Below, one piece after another: positions 9,378 to 19,129 of a stretch of 64,000 nucleotides of DNA (positions are counted from its first letter, which is position 1; the number at the start of each line of letters is the position of its first letter). The translations under genes were made by a program, and so were the position numbers. Location: assembly GCA_017443025.1 (NCBI GenBank), contig JAFSPG010000004.1:1030-65029 (forward strand), given 5' to 3'. The notes beneath the pieces are model-generated. The model was not told where the DNA came from, did not search any database, and saw only the letters and a list, made by a program, of their open reading frames with translations. This stretch comes from Bacteroidales bacterium (GTDB lineage Bacteria; Bacteroidota; Bacteroidia; Bacteroidales; UBA932).

Positions 9378-10737
9378 ATGCAATAGGCTCGGCTTTCAGG
9401 CCGCGGGGCAGCTTGATGCTGACCTTGCCATCCTTCACAACGGCCTTCAAGGCCTTTCCGTTATTCAGGAGCTTGACCTTTGCGCCCTTGGGGAGATTGC
9501 CTTCCCAGCTAATGGCTGCAGGCAGGGCTTCTCCGTCGCCGAGGGTATAGATTCCGTATTTGGTCTTGCCGTCCTTGGAAGCCGTGAACCAAAGTTTATC
9601 GGCCGGATGATAGTCGGGGGTGATTGTGGTAGAATATATAGCCTTTCCGCAGCGTCCAAGCCACTCTCCGATTTCCTTGAGGATGACGACCTGCCTGTCT
9701 TCCACGAGGCCCTGTGCATTGGGGCCGATTCCGAGAACGAGGCAGCCTCCCTTGGCGACGATTTCGGCGAGTATGCCGATAACCTTATGGGCGCTCTTGT
9801 AGGGAGCATTCGGCACCCAGCCCCAGTCGTAGCTGTGGGTAAGGCAGGACTCCCATGGATGGTCAATCTGCTTATCGGGAATCATCCTCTCGGGAGTCTG
9901 ATAGTTCTCGTTGGGACCCTGAATGGTACGGTCTACTGAAATCATGCCGGGATAGCGGGCGCGGGCCTTTTCGAGCACGGCCTCAAGGCCTACTTCGCTT
10001 CCGGTTACCCAGCCGCCGTCGAGCCAGAGGATGTCAATCTGCCCATAGCGGCCTCCGGTAATCTCGAGAAGCTGGTTCCGGGTATAATCGACATAGGACT
10101 TCCACCAATCGGGGTGAGCCTCTTTCTTATAATTGGGCCTCCTGTTGGGAGTGGCATATGCAGGATTCCAGAAGCCGGGATGATGCCAGTCGGGCTTGGA
10201 GAAATAGGCTCCGATCATGAAATCTCTATCGCGGAAAGCCTCGAAAACGTACTTTGCTGCATCTTTCTTGGGATTTTTTGCAAAGGGGCCCTTGGCGATG
10301 GAAAAGTCGGTGTACTGCGAATCGAAAAGGCAGAAGCCGTCGTGATGCTTGGTGGTGAAAATCACGTACTTCATTCCGGCATCCTTTGCGGCATCAGCCC
10401 ACTGGCCGGGGTCGAAGGCGTAGGGATTGAAGACCTTGGACAAATCCCAGTACCACTGCTTGTAGCCCTCGTAGGTAGTGCCTTCGGGGCGGGTAATCCA
10501 GTCTTCGTTGCAGATAGACCAGGATTCCACTATGCCGGGAACGGCATAAAGGCCCCAGTGGATAAGGGCTCCGAACTTGAGGTCCTGCCACTGCGAAAGC
10601 TTTTCGAGTACTTTGGTATCCGTAGGCCAGGTGTAGCCGTCGGCCTGGGCGACGATGTCGCTCTCCTGCGCCCTTGCCGAGAAGGAGAACAATGCAAGGC
10701 TCAGGGAAGCAAATAATGTGATTGTGCGAGTTGACAT
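9355..10737 (-). CDS. Alpha-L-fucosidase, GH29
   Basis: Signal peptide; KFGALIHWG, TTKHHDGFCL, ILWLDGGW. Confidence 0.9.
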   Translation of the reverse strand: MSTRTITLFASLSLALFSFSARAQESDIVAQADGYTWPTDTKVLEKLSQWQDLKFGALIHWGLYAVPGIVESWSICNEDWITRPEGTTYEGYKQWYWDLSKVFNPYAFDPGQWADAAKDAGMKYVIFTTKHHDGFCLFDSQYTDFSIAKGPFAKNPKKDAAKYVFEAFRDRDFMIGAYFSKPDWHHPGFWNPAYATPNRRPNYKKEAHPDWWKSYVDYTRNQLLEITGGRYGQIDILWLDGGWVTGSEVGLEAVLEKARARYPGMISVDRTIQGPNENYQTPERMIPDKQIDHPWESCLTHSYDWGWVPNAPYKSAHKVIGILAEIVAKGGCLVLGIGPNAQGLVEDRQVVILKEIGEWLGRCGKAIYSTTITPDYHPADKLWFTASKDGKTKYGIYTLGDGEALPAAISWEGNLPKGAKVKLLNNGKALKAVVKDGKVSIKLPRGLKAEPIAFSVTFGK

Positions 10738-10834
10738 ATCTTTATGGTTATCAGTTTAGCAAAAATAAAAAAATAATCCCGCAATTCAAAAACAGATTAG
10801 TATCTTTGCAGACAGCGACAAAAAAAATGCAGAA

Positions 10835-12007
10835 ATGAATCCTGAAGCCACTCGCTGCCTCTTATGTAAGAATGCGCGCTGCACTGCGGCCTGCCCCGTC
10901 GGGACGGACGTTCCCTCCGCCATGAAACTCTACCGCGAAGGCAAGCTCTCTGAAGCCGGAAAGCTGCTCTTCGAGAACAACCCGATGAGCGCCATCACTT
11001 CCTGCGTCTGCGACTGGCCCCGAATGTGCTACGGCCACTGCATCCTCAATGCAAAGAATGCGCCCATAAAATGGTACGAGATAGAGCAGGAGCTTTCGCG
11101 TAAATACCTTTTGGAGGAAGTCAGCCTTGCCCCCGGCGCCCCGGCCGGCAAGAGCGTTGCCATAATTGGCGCCGGGCCTGCAGGCATATGCGCGGCCCTC
11201 TGGCTCGCGCAGAAAGGCGTAAAGGTGGATTTGTATGATTCATTCCCTGAGGTAGGAGGCGTGCTGAAGTATGGCATCCCCGACTTCCGTCTTGACAAAA
11301 AGCTGGTCGATGCCTACGCCGGCATTCTTAAAGGCCTTGGCGTAGCATTCCACGGAGGCAAAACTCTCGGAAAAGACCTTATCCTTGCCTCTGTGAAGGA
11401 TAATCACGATGCCATCCTCCTTGCCGCAGGAGCCTGGATAGCCCGCGAGATGAGAATTCCCGGCGAGGATAATCCCCACGTTGTGCATGCCCTCGACTTC
11501 CTCACCGAGCCGGATAAATTCGCACTTGGCCATAAGGTTATAGTTGTAGGCGGAGGAAATGTAGCCATGGACGCCTGCCGCACGGCCATCCGCAAAGGCT
11601 GCGACACTACGGTAGTTTACCGCAAGACCTTCGAGAACATGCCCGCCGGCAGTATCGAGATCAGGGAAGCTCAGGAGGAAGGCGTCAAATTCGACGTATT
11701 CAAGGTTCCGGTTGAAGTCAGGACAGATGGCTCAAGAACATATGCCATAGTGCGCGACTGCGAGAACTACACCCGCGAAGACGGCTCCCTTGCCACCAGG
11801 ATTCTCGATGGCACGGACGCCGAAATGGACTTCGATACAATGATAGTTGCAGTGAGCGAAAGCGCCGACAAATCTCTTATGGAAGGCGCTCCGGAGGGTG
11901 TATTTACGGCAGGCGACTATGCCTACGGCCCGAAGACGGTAGTGGCAGCAGTTCAGTCCGCCAAGGAAGTCACGGCAGACATTCTCAGTTATCTTGGTCT
12001 TTCTTAG
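10835..12007 (+). CDS. GltD/PreT-like Fe-S FAD/NAD(P) oxidoreductase
   Basis: CLLC..C..CP and VC..C.GHC Cys clusters; GAGPAG, GVLKYGIPDFRL, GGGNVAMD, GDYAYGPKTVV. Confidence 0.85.
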   Translation: MNPEATRCLLCKNARCTAACPVGTDVPSAMKLYREGKLSEAGKLLFENNPMSAITSCVCDWPRMCYGHCILNAKNAPIKWYEIEQELSRKYLLEEVSLAPGAPAGKSVAIIGAGPAGICAALWLAQKGVKVDLYDSFPEVGGVLKYGIPDFRLDKKLVDAYAGILKGLGVAFHGGKTLGKDLILASVKDNHDAILLAAGAWIAREMRIPGEDNPHVVHALDFLTEPDKFALGHKVIVVGGGNVAMDACRTAIRKGCDTTVVYRKTFENMPAGSIEIREAQEEGVKFDVFKVPVEVRTDGSRTYAIVRDCENYTREDGSLATRILDGTDAEMDFDTMIVAVSESADKSLMEGAPEGVFTAGDYAYGPKTVVAAVQSAKEVTADILSYLGLS

Positions 12008-12980
12008 CCTTCTGGCGCCTTGACATCATCCTTCTGATTCGCGCCCAGCCTTCCTTCAGGAAGGAATCCACATGGCGCTGCTTCTTTTCAGGATATAAAT
12101 CGTCGAACGACACAAGTATGCCGGAATCATAGACATCGGCGAATTCGTCGTTGATTCCTGTGCCGAGATATTTCATCGTCGGGGAAAGGTTCATATATGA
12201 ATTCACCAGAGGAGGGATATTCAGCCCCATCGCACGTATTTCGGCATTCAGAATCTTGTAGCCTTCCTTGTAGCTCTTGCCCCTGAATAACGGACGGTAT
12301 TTGGCCGGATGTAGAGGCTTGACGGGAATGCCCATCTTCACGAGATGATGATGGTCGGGGAAATACTTGCGCAGGAAGACCATTATCATATCCAGGGCCT
12401 CACGGGGATAATCCGGATATATGGTCATCTTTCCGAAAAGGAATTTCTTGTCCTTGTGCATCACCATCAGGGCGCCAAGGCCGTCGAAGAGATTGTCGAG
12501 GGCGTATATCGACTTGGAGCCGGCCCTTGTGCTCTGATACTCGAGAGAAACGAAGGAGCGCCCGAGTTCGATGGATACGGGAAGATAGTTCTTAAGGAAT
12601 CTCTTCGAGAACTTGAACATATGGGCCGAGGTGATGATTGGCTGGCCTGTGCGGTCGAAGACTACGTCTGTACCCAGAACGAAGCGGTACCCTCCGAGAA
12701 TCTCTTCGGTTTCAGGGTCCCAGAGAACGAGCTGCTTGTATCCGTAGGCAGGGTAGGTGTCGAATTTATCTACATCCAGCGACATACCCGTTCCGCCGCC
12801 TCCGGCGCGGAAGGCAATTTCCCTCAGACGCCCGATTTCGCGAATCACGTTCGGGGCGTTTTCGCCGTCGACTACATACAACTCGTTTCCGGCGCGGTTG
12901 GTCTTTCTCAGAAGCCGGGCCGGAGACAGTTCCTTTTTAAGCACCGCCCTGTCGATGGGCGCAATTATCTCCTCTTTCAT
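11985..12980 (-). CDS. GNAT-type N-acyltransferase, probable glycine-lipid synthase (GlsB/ChoA/OlsB-like)
   Basis: EIGRLREIAFRAGGGG, GGYR, IELGRSFV, IPPLVNSYMNLSP motifs of the Bacteroidetes hemolysin-annotated acyltransferases. Confidence 0.75.
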   Translation of the reverse strand: MKEEIIAPIDRAVLKKELSPARLLRKTNRAGNELYVVDGENAPNVIREIGRLREIAFRAGGGGTGMSLDVDKFDTYPAYGYKQLVLWDPETEEILGGYRFVLGTDVVFDRTGQPIITSAHMFKFSKRFLKNYLPVSIELGRSFVSLEYQSTRAGSKSIYALDNLFDGLGALMVMHKDKKFLFGKMTIYPDYPREALDMIMVFLRKYFPDHHHLVKMGIPVKPLHPAKYRPLFRGKSYKEGYKILNAEIRAMGLNIPPLVNSYMNLSPTMKYLGTGINDEFADVYDSGILVSFDDLYPEKKQRHVDSFLKEGWARIRRMMSRRQKAKKDQDN

Positions 12981-13792
12981 TCCAAATCATATGAGAGCGA
13001 GCGCACGTGTGCGGCCCACTCCGCAGGTGTTTTAGTGTTGTCGAAGTACGTGGGAGCTATCGGCTTCCCTACTGTCAGATGGTATTCCTTTCCCCTCGAG
13101 CGGTAGAGTTCATCGGGAATGAGAATCATCGCCAGGGGGAACTTCATCCTGAAAATCTTGCCTATGCGGTCAAGGAAGTAAAACCTCCAGGAGTTACGCC
13201 CGGAAAAGTGACAGGGTACAATCTCCCTGCCGCTCTCCACGCTCTTGCTGATGAATGATTTACCCCATTCGCAGTCCTGGATTTTACCTTTTATCTTGCG
13301 GGAGCACTTCCCTGCCGGGAAAATACACATCTGGGCCTCGGAATCATAGGCTTCCCTGATTGCCGCCGGGAGGCCGCGCGACTGCCCGCCTACCTTATTG
13401 ACGGGGATGAAGAACGACGCCGCGCCCTTCATCGCCATCAGGAAATCATTCACCGGCACCTTGACCTTTCCGCCAAAGAAATTTCCCATCACCTGGACCA
13501 TCCCAACCGCATCCGCTCCTCCGAGAGGATGATTGCATACTATCGTATATCGTCCGTCGGGGCGGAGATTCTCCAGCCCGGACACGGTAATCTTCACTCC
13601 AATGAATTCCAGAGCCTTGTCCATAAACTCCATCCCTTCGTATCCCTTCTCGAAATAGGCATTGAAATAATCTATATGGAGCAGTTTGCCCACAAGCCTT
13701 ACAACCCAGCGCGGAATCCGGGGGTATTTGCTCCTCAGGAGCGCGTCCAGGTCGATTCTGAACGAGGATGAAGGCTTGGGCTCTGATGACAT
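12977..13792 (-). CDS. PlsC-family acyltransferase (GlsA/OlsA-like O-acyltransferase)
   Basis: CNHPLGGAD (HX4D), IFPAGKCSR; 4-nt overlap with the downstream N-acyltransferase. Confidence 0.78.
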   Translation of the reverse strand: MSSEPKPSSSFRIDLDALLRSKYPRIPRWVVRLVGKLLHIDYFNAYFEKGYEGMEFMDKALEFIGVKITVSGLENLRPDGRYTIVCNHPLGGADAVGMVQVMGNFFGGKVKVPVNDFLMAMKGAASFFIPVNKVGGQSRGLPAAIREAYDSEAQMCIFPAGKCSRKIKGKIQDCEWGKSFISKSVESGREIVPCHFSGRNSWRFYFLDRIGKIFRMKFPLAMILIPDELYRSRGKEYHLTVGKPIAPTYFDNTKTPAEWAAHVRSLSYDLE

Positions 13793-14622
13793 CAGTCGAG
13801 GTTCAAGGTGATTTCTCCCAGATTGAGGCCCCAGCAGCCGTCCTGGACGATGGGAATCTGACGTCCGTCAAGGTCGGTCGCGTATGCCACTTTCTCAAGG
13901 AAGGTGTGCGAATGTCCGCCTACTACAAGGTCTATGTTCCGGCACTGGGGAACCAACTGAGGGTCGGTAAAGGATTCATCCTCGAAGCCGATATGGGTAA
14001 GGGCTATGACAAGGTCGCAGCCCTCCTGTTCCTTGAGCAGGGCAGCCCAGTAGTTTGCTGTCTGGACATCGTCGAATTTCGGAAGGCGGTCGGATACTGA
14101 AGAATCTACAACCTTGCGGACATCGGTAAGAAGTCCGAAGATGCCGATTTTCAGGCCGGCCTTTTCGACTATCGTATAAGGCTCAATGTATTTTCCGGCC
14201 TCGAAGGGCGAGAAATCGTAATTTGCACAGACGACCTTCGCCTTCACGCTCTTAAGGCGCCTTGCGAGGTCTTCGATGCCGTTGTCGAATTCGTGGTTGC
14301 CAAGGCAGACTACGTCATAGCCGAGGTCATTCAGGGCCTCGATTTCAAGATCTCCGTTAAGGATGGAGAAATAAGATGAACCCTGGCTGAAGTCGCCGGC
14401 GTGCAGAAGAAGTACATTCTCGGCACCGTTGGCGGCCCTGACGCTGTCGATAAAAGCGGCCCTTTCGATTATGCCGCCGCGACCAGCATCCTCTCCGCAG
14501 CGCAGAGGCTCGAAGTGAGAATGAGTGTCATTCGTATGGACAATAACCAGACGATGTCCGCTGCGGCAGGAAGAAACAACCGCCAGCAGGATTATCATTA
14601 CGTAAAGTATAGTCTTTCTCAT
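13792..14622 (-). CDS. 5'-nucleotidase, metallophosphoesterase (N-terminal) half
   Basis: HTNDTHSH, AGDFSQG, LGNHEFD, ALTHIG, GGHSH; lipoprotein signal VSSC. Confidence 0.88.
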   Translation of the reverse strand: MRKTILYVMIILLAVVSSCRSGHRLVIVHTNDTHSHFEPLRCGEDAGRGGIIERAAFIDSVRAANGAENVLLLHAGDFSQGSSYFSILNGDLEIEALNDLGYDVVCLGNHEFDNGIEDLARRLKSVKAKVVCANYDFSPFEAGKYIEPYTIVEKAGLKIGIFGLLTDVRKVVDSSVSDRLPKFDDVQTANYWAALLKEQEGCDLVIALTHIGFEDESFTDPQLVPQCRNIDLVVGGHSHTFLEKVAYATDLDGRQIPIVQDGCWGLNLGEITLNLD

Positions 14623-14624
14623 GG

Positions 14625-15461
14625 CTAGTCGATGATTTTAATACGTCCGTCAAGTTCTGAATCGATGGGCTTTCCCTGTGCGGTAAGGCTCTCGACGTAT
14701 GGCAGCATCACATCTATGATGTACCCCGGGAACATCTTGAGATTCCTGGAATTACGGGCCACATAGAGGTCGTCGCCGCCGCTGAGCACGAAATTGATTG
14801 TAGCCACGCCGTAGGTGCGATTGTCGTCGAGCGGCTGGCCGCCTATCTCGGCGGATTCAAGCTTCCCGCCTTTGACGACGCATCTCGCTCCGCCGACCAC
14901 CTGCCACTTCGTGGCGGCCAGCTGCTCGAGCAGAGCCCTGATATCAGAGCCCTTGAGTTCAAGATAGCAGAGATTGTTCTTGAAAGGGAACATCGACACG
15001 ATATCATCCTTCAGGACATCACCCTTGGGCATGTCCACGCGTATGCCGCCGAAATTGACAATACCGAAATCGACCTTCTTGCCGGACTTTTTGGCGGTAA
15101 TGGACATAAGGGCGTCGATGTACCAGTTGCCGAGTAGGCTCTCGGGGTACTCTTCCCTTGACATCTCGCGTGTGGACTGGGCAATGACCTTCTTTACGTC
15201 AGCCATTGCAGCCTGGGCGCATATAAGGGATTTGGCGGCGGCGTAGGTTGCCGAGCCTGGAAGGAACTCCCTTCCGGAGGGAGATACATAGACGGAGTCT
15301 GTCAGGGAGCCGAGGGCTTCGGCCTGATTTGTCGCGGTGCAGGCGGTGACGCCTGTCCTTGAAGCGTCCATTGAAACCCTGCGCCAGGACAGTCCGCCAC
15401 CCTGCGAGCAGGAGGAGAAGAGCACCAGTGCCAGGGCTGATGAAAGAATCAGTGATTTCAT
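14625..15461 (-). CDS. 5'-nucleotidase, C-terminal substrate-binding half
   Basis: NFGGIR, MFPFKN, ATINFVLSGGD; lipoprotein signal FSSC. Confidence 0.88.
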   Translation of the reverse strand: MKSLILSSALALVLFSSCSQGGGLSWRRVSMDASRTGVTACTATNQAEALGSLTDSVYVSPSGREFLPGSATYAAAKSLICAQAAMADVKKVIAQSTREMSREEYPESLLGNWYIDALMSITAKKSGKKVDFGIVNFGGIRVDMPKGDVLKDDIVSMFPFKNNLCYLELKGSDIRALLEQLAATKWQVVGGARCVVKGGKLESAEIGGQPLDDNRTYGVATINFVLSGGDDLYVARNSRNLKMFPGYIIDVMLPYVESLTAQGKPIDSELDGRIKIID

Positions 15462-15462
15462 A

Positions 15463-16800
15463 TTATTTCTGTCTTAACCAGTTCCAAAGGTCTTTGAATG
15501 AAGATTTCTTGCCGTACATGAGTATGCCTACCTTGTAAATCTTGGCAGAGGCCCAGGCCATTGCGATGAAGGTGAACAGCAGGATGGCGATTGAAAGCAC
15601 CAGCTCCCCTGCCGGGACTCCGTAAGGAATGCGGGCGAGCATCACTATAGGCGAAGTAAAGGGAATCATCGAACCCCATACTACGGTAGCGCTGTCGGGG
15701 TTGCGGAAAGCGAAGAGGATAATCATATATCCTACCATAAGAGGTATGGTCAGCGGAAGCTGAAGTTGCTGGGTGTCGGCCTCGTGCTCCACGGCAGAGC
15801 CGATGGCTGCAAACATCGAGGAATAAAGCAGGTAGCCGAGGACGAAGTACACGAAGAAGGAAACGAGCATCGTACCCCAGGGAATCTTGCTTACAGTCGA
15901 GAAGATTACTGAAGCGTCGCCCTGCATTACACTCGGGTCGATTCCTCCCATATCGGCTCCGGCCATCTGGGCCATCGCCGCGGAGTCGACGCTGCTGCCG
16001 CCGGCCAGGACACCTGTGGCAAACATAAGACCGCCGGTCAGGAGAATCCACAGCACGAACTGGGTAAGTGCCACAAGGGCCACCCCGATAATCTTTCCGA
16101 ACATGAGTTCGGTGGCCTTGGCCGAGGAAATCAGCACTTCAACTACCCTGCTTGTCTTCTCTTCGATTACGCTCGACATTACCATCGAGCCGAACATGGT
16201 GATGAAGAGGAAGATGAAAATGCCCATGATCATCGACACGAACATATATACGCCCGACTCGGAAATGCTTTCGCTGCCGGATTCATCGAGCAGATATTCG
16301 GTAACAGGGATTTTGCACTTGATGTCGCGGACTATCTTGTCGAGGTCTTTGATATCCTTGTAAGTACTTATACGATATGCTTCTATCGCTTCATTTACCT
16401 GATTCGAAACGATATGTGAGAAATCCACGTTGAGCGGCTTGTAGGAATAGGCCTGAACTGAAACCGACTTTGTGGAATCGATATCGGATATCACGAGCAG
16501 AACGTCCAGGCCCTTGCCCTCAAGATTTTCCTTGACCTGCTGTTCGTCGGCCTCGGCGGAATAATCCAGATAGGTGTTGCTTTCGCTGCTCTTGAGATAT
16601 GGCATCACTATGCCGCCGGTGCGGTCGATGACGGCCACCTGCTGGGCCCTCGGGGTAACACCGGACATAACCTTGAACATTACGAAAAAGCCCAGGGCAA
16701 TGATGACGGGAACGATGAAGGTAGTTACAAGAAAGGATTTCTTGCGGACTTTGGTCATATACTCACGACCGATAACCGTATTTATTATCTTAATGTTCAT
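15463..16800 (-). CDS. ABC-2 type transporter permease (NatB/YhaP-like)
   Basis: REYMTKVRKKSF, VIEEKTSRVVEVLISS, GKIIG, SMIPFTSPIVMLAR. Confidence 0.88.
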   Translation of the reverse strand: MNIKIINTVIGREYMTKVRKKSFLVTTFIVPVIIALGFFVMFKVMSGVTPRAQQVAVIDRTGGIVMPYLKSSESNTYLDYSAEADEQQVKENLEGKGLDVLLVISDIDSTKSVSVQAYSYKPLNVDFSHIVSNQVNEAIEAYRISTYKDIKDLDKIVRDIKCKIPVTEYLLDESGSESISESGVYMFVSMIMGIFIFLFITMFGSMVMSSVIEEKTSRVVEVLISSAKATELMFGKIIGVALVALTQFVLWILLTGGLMFATGVLAGGSSVDSAAMAQMAGADMGGIDPSVMQGDASVIFSTVSKIPWGTMLVSFFVYFVLGYLLYSSMFAAIGSAVEHEADTQQLQLPLTIPLMVGYMIILFAFRNPDSATVVWGSMIPFTSPIVMLARIPYGVPAGELVLSIAILLFTFIAMAWASAKIYKVGILMYGKKSSFKDLWNWLRQK

Positions 16801-16806
16801 AGCAGT

Positions 16807-17715
16807 CTATTCGGTAACAAGTTTAATGAAAATGTCGTTCATGCGAGGCATCAGCTCACGGTATGAATGTATGGTGATGTCTCCCTTGGAAAGCAGTGAC
16901 GAAAGTACTTCGTTGCCTCCTGCCGAAATCTGAAGCACGGCCTCTCGGCGGCCTGAGGCGGTTTCGACATCGGATAAGACCGAATACAGGCCCTCTGATC
17001 CGGGCACTGCCTTGCTGCCGCTGTAAACGAGTTCTATATTGTTGTGGCCGTAGGCACGGCGAATGGCATCGACCTCTCCGGTTACTACCAGCTTGGATTT
17101 GTTCACGAGGGCGATGGAATCGCAGAGTTCCTCGACGGATTCCATATTATGGGTAGAGAGAATTATCGTAGCGCCTTCCTTGCAGAGCCTGAGAATTTCG
17201 CTTCGGATAAGCTCGGCGTTGACCGGATCGAAGCCCGAAAAAGGCTCGTCGAGAATCATCAGAGAGGGTTTGTGCACTACGGTGGTGATGAACTGGATCT
17301 TCTGGGCCATGCCCTTTGAGAGTTCTTCGACCTTCTTTTTCCACCAGTCCTGGATGCCGAATCTCTCGAACCATTCCTTCAGGGCCAACTGGGCATCGTG
17401 GTACGACATTCCCTTCAGGCGGGCGAGGTACATCGCCTGGTCGCCGACCTGCATCTTGCGGTACAGGCCTCGCTCCTCGGGGAGATAACCTATCTTAGTT
17501 ACATCATCCTGGGTGATGGGGCGGCCGTCGAACAGCACCTGCCCTGAATTGGGGATGGTAATACGGTTGATGATACGGATAAGAGTGGTCTTTCCGGCGC
17601 CGTTCGGCCCGAGCAGGCCGAATATCTTCCCTTCGGGGATATCCAGAGACACGTGATCCAGGGCCACTTTCTCACCGAAGGACTTACAAAGTTCAACTGT
17701 TTTGATTATTCCCAT
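16807..17715 (-). CDS. ABC transporter ATP-binding protein (NatA-like)
   Basis: Walker A GPNGAGKT, LSKGMAQ, ILDEPFSGFDP. Confidence 0.9.
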   Translation of the reverse strand: MGIIKTVELCKSFGEKVALDHVSLDIPEGKIFGLLGPNGAGKTTLIRIINRITIPNSGQVLFDGRPITQDDVTKIGYLPEERGLYRKMQVGDQAMYLARLKGMSYHDAQLALKEWFERFGIQDWWKKKVEELSKGMAQKIQFITTVVHKPSLMILDEPFSGFDPVNAELIRSEILRLCKEGATIILSTHNMESVEELCDSIALVNKSKLVVTGEVDAIRRAYGHNNIELVYSGSKAVPGSEGLYSVLSDVETASGRREAVLQISAGGNEVLSSLLSKGDITIHSYRELMPRMNDIFIKLVTE

Positions 17716-17728
17716 TTTTATCGTAAAA

Positions 17729-18775
17729 CTATTTTGTATTCAAAATCTGAGTACAGAGTTCCATGAGGAGTTCTCCGTCGCCGGTGTCCGGACCGGCTCC
17801 GCCCTTCCCCTTGAAATCGTATTCTTCAATCAGGGCAAGGATTTTCATGGTCGCCGCAAGCGGATAATTCGCCGCTGCAGCATCGTATTCCCTTACAAAG
17901 AAGGGCTTTACTCCGAGAATTTCAGCTTTCTCATCCGGCGAGACTGCGCCCTTCATCATCCTGGCCTCCAACTTGAGGAGACGGTAGAAATGATTGAAAA
18001 GCGAGGCCGTGGCCATCGGCAGGGCGAATTTTGCCGCCATTCCGAGATGCGAAGCGATATATAGGGCCTTGGAGGCCCGGCGGTACGACAGTTCCTTGGT
18101 GAGCTCGAAGATGCTGAACTCCCTCGAAATCCCTACGTTCCTTTCGATGTCGGCGGCAGATACGGAAGTAGTGCCCACAGGCAGGTTCTTGCGCATCTTT
18201 TCGGTTTCAAGGGCGATTTTCACAAGGTCGGTTCCGGCGAATTCAGCCAGAAGCGCAGCGGCATCCGGGGCTATGTTCATACCCTGACGGGAGAAGTATT
18301 CGGAAATCCAGCCGCTTATTTCATAGTCCCTTACAGGGCTTGACTCCACTACCATTCCCGTCTTGCAGACTGTCTTGTAGAAGGCCTTTCTCTTGTCGGC
18401 CTTGGCTCCCCGCATCAGTATTACCAGGACGGTGCTGTCCATCGGCTCCTCGCAGTAAAGCGCAAGGTCTTCGAGGCTCTTCATGCTCTGGGCTTCCTTT
18501 AGGACCACGAGCCTTCGCTCGGCCATCATCGGATAGGCCCTGGCCTCCGAGGCTACGGTATCGGCGTCGGTGTCGAGCCCATAGAAAATCGTCTGGTTGA
18601 AATCCCTTTCTTCGGGTGCGAGAGCATTTTCGATGATGGCGTCACAGATACGGTCGGGGTAGAAAGGTTCCTCCCCCATCAGCAGATAGACGGGACTGAA
18701 CTTACCCTGGCGGACATCGGCGATTATCTTCTCGCACTGATTGGCCGTATCCAGATATGCGGGATTCTTTGCCAT
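17729..18775 (-). CDS. holA: DNA polymerase III delta subunit
   Basis: PVYLLMGEEPFY, DFNQTIFYG, YPMMAERRLVVLKEAQ. Confidence 0.9.
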   Translation of the reverse strand: MAKNPAYLDTANQCEKIIADVRQGKFSPVYLLMGEEPFYPDRICDAIIENALAPEERDFNQTIFYGLDTDADTVASEARAYPMMAERRLVVLKEAQSMKSLEDLALYCEEPMDSTVLVILMRGAKADKRKAFYKTVCKTGMVVESSPVRDYEISGWISEYFSRQGMNIAPDAAALLAEFAGTDLVKIALETEKMRKNLPVGTTSVSAADIERNVGISREFSIFELTKELSYRRASKALYIASHLGMAAKFALPMATASLFNHFYRLLKLEARMMKGAVSPDEKAEILGVKPFFVREYDAAAANYPLAATMKILALIEEYDFKGKGGAGPDTGDGELLMELCTQILNTK

Positions 18776-18787
18776 CTTTTTTCCCTC

Positions 18788-18813
18788 AAAAGGGACGGCC
18801 GGAAGCCGTCCCT
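18788..18813 (-). terminator. Intrinsic terminator after hpf
   Basis: 9-bp stem AGGGACGGC/GCCGTCCCT followed on the minus strand by TTT. Confidence 0.7.
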
Positions 18814-18838
18814 GGATTAATGACTTATGTCTGGAGGT

Positions 18839-19129
18839 TTATTCGTAGCGTTTACCTTTGTTGCGGGTGAGGCGCTCTTTCATTGCATCGACTGCGTCGG
18901 TAACGGCCTCCTCGAAAGTCTTGGAATTCTTCTCTACTACGAGTTTCTCGCTCGGAACGCTTACTGAAAGCTTGACAACTTTGTTCTCAGGCCTCTCTGC
19001 CAGCGACAGCACAAGCTCTACATCGACGATGTTGTCGTCGAAGCGGTCCAGTTTCTCGACCTTCTTCTGAACGTATTCAAGCAGTTTCTGGTCGGCGTCA
19101 AACTTAAGGGTTTGCACTCTAATCTCCAT
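18839..19129 (-). CDS. raiA: Ribosome hibernation factor HPF/RaiA
   Basis: FDADQKLLEYVQKKVEKL, FEEAVTDAVDAMKERL; directly after xerC as is usual in Bacteroidetes. Confidence 0.88.
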   Translation of the reverse strand: MEIRVQTLKFDADQKLLEYVQKKVEKLDRFDDNIVDVELVLSLAERPENKVVKLSVSVPSEKLVVEKNSKTFEEAVTDAVDAMKERLTRNKGKRYE

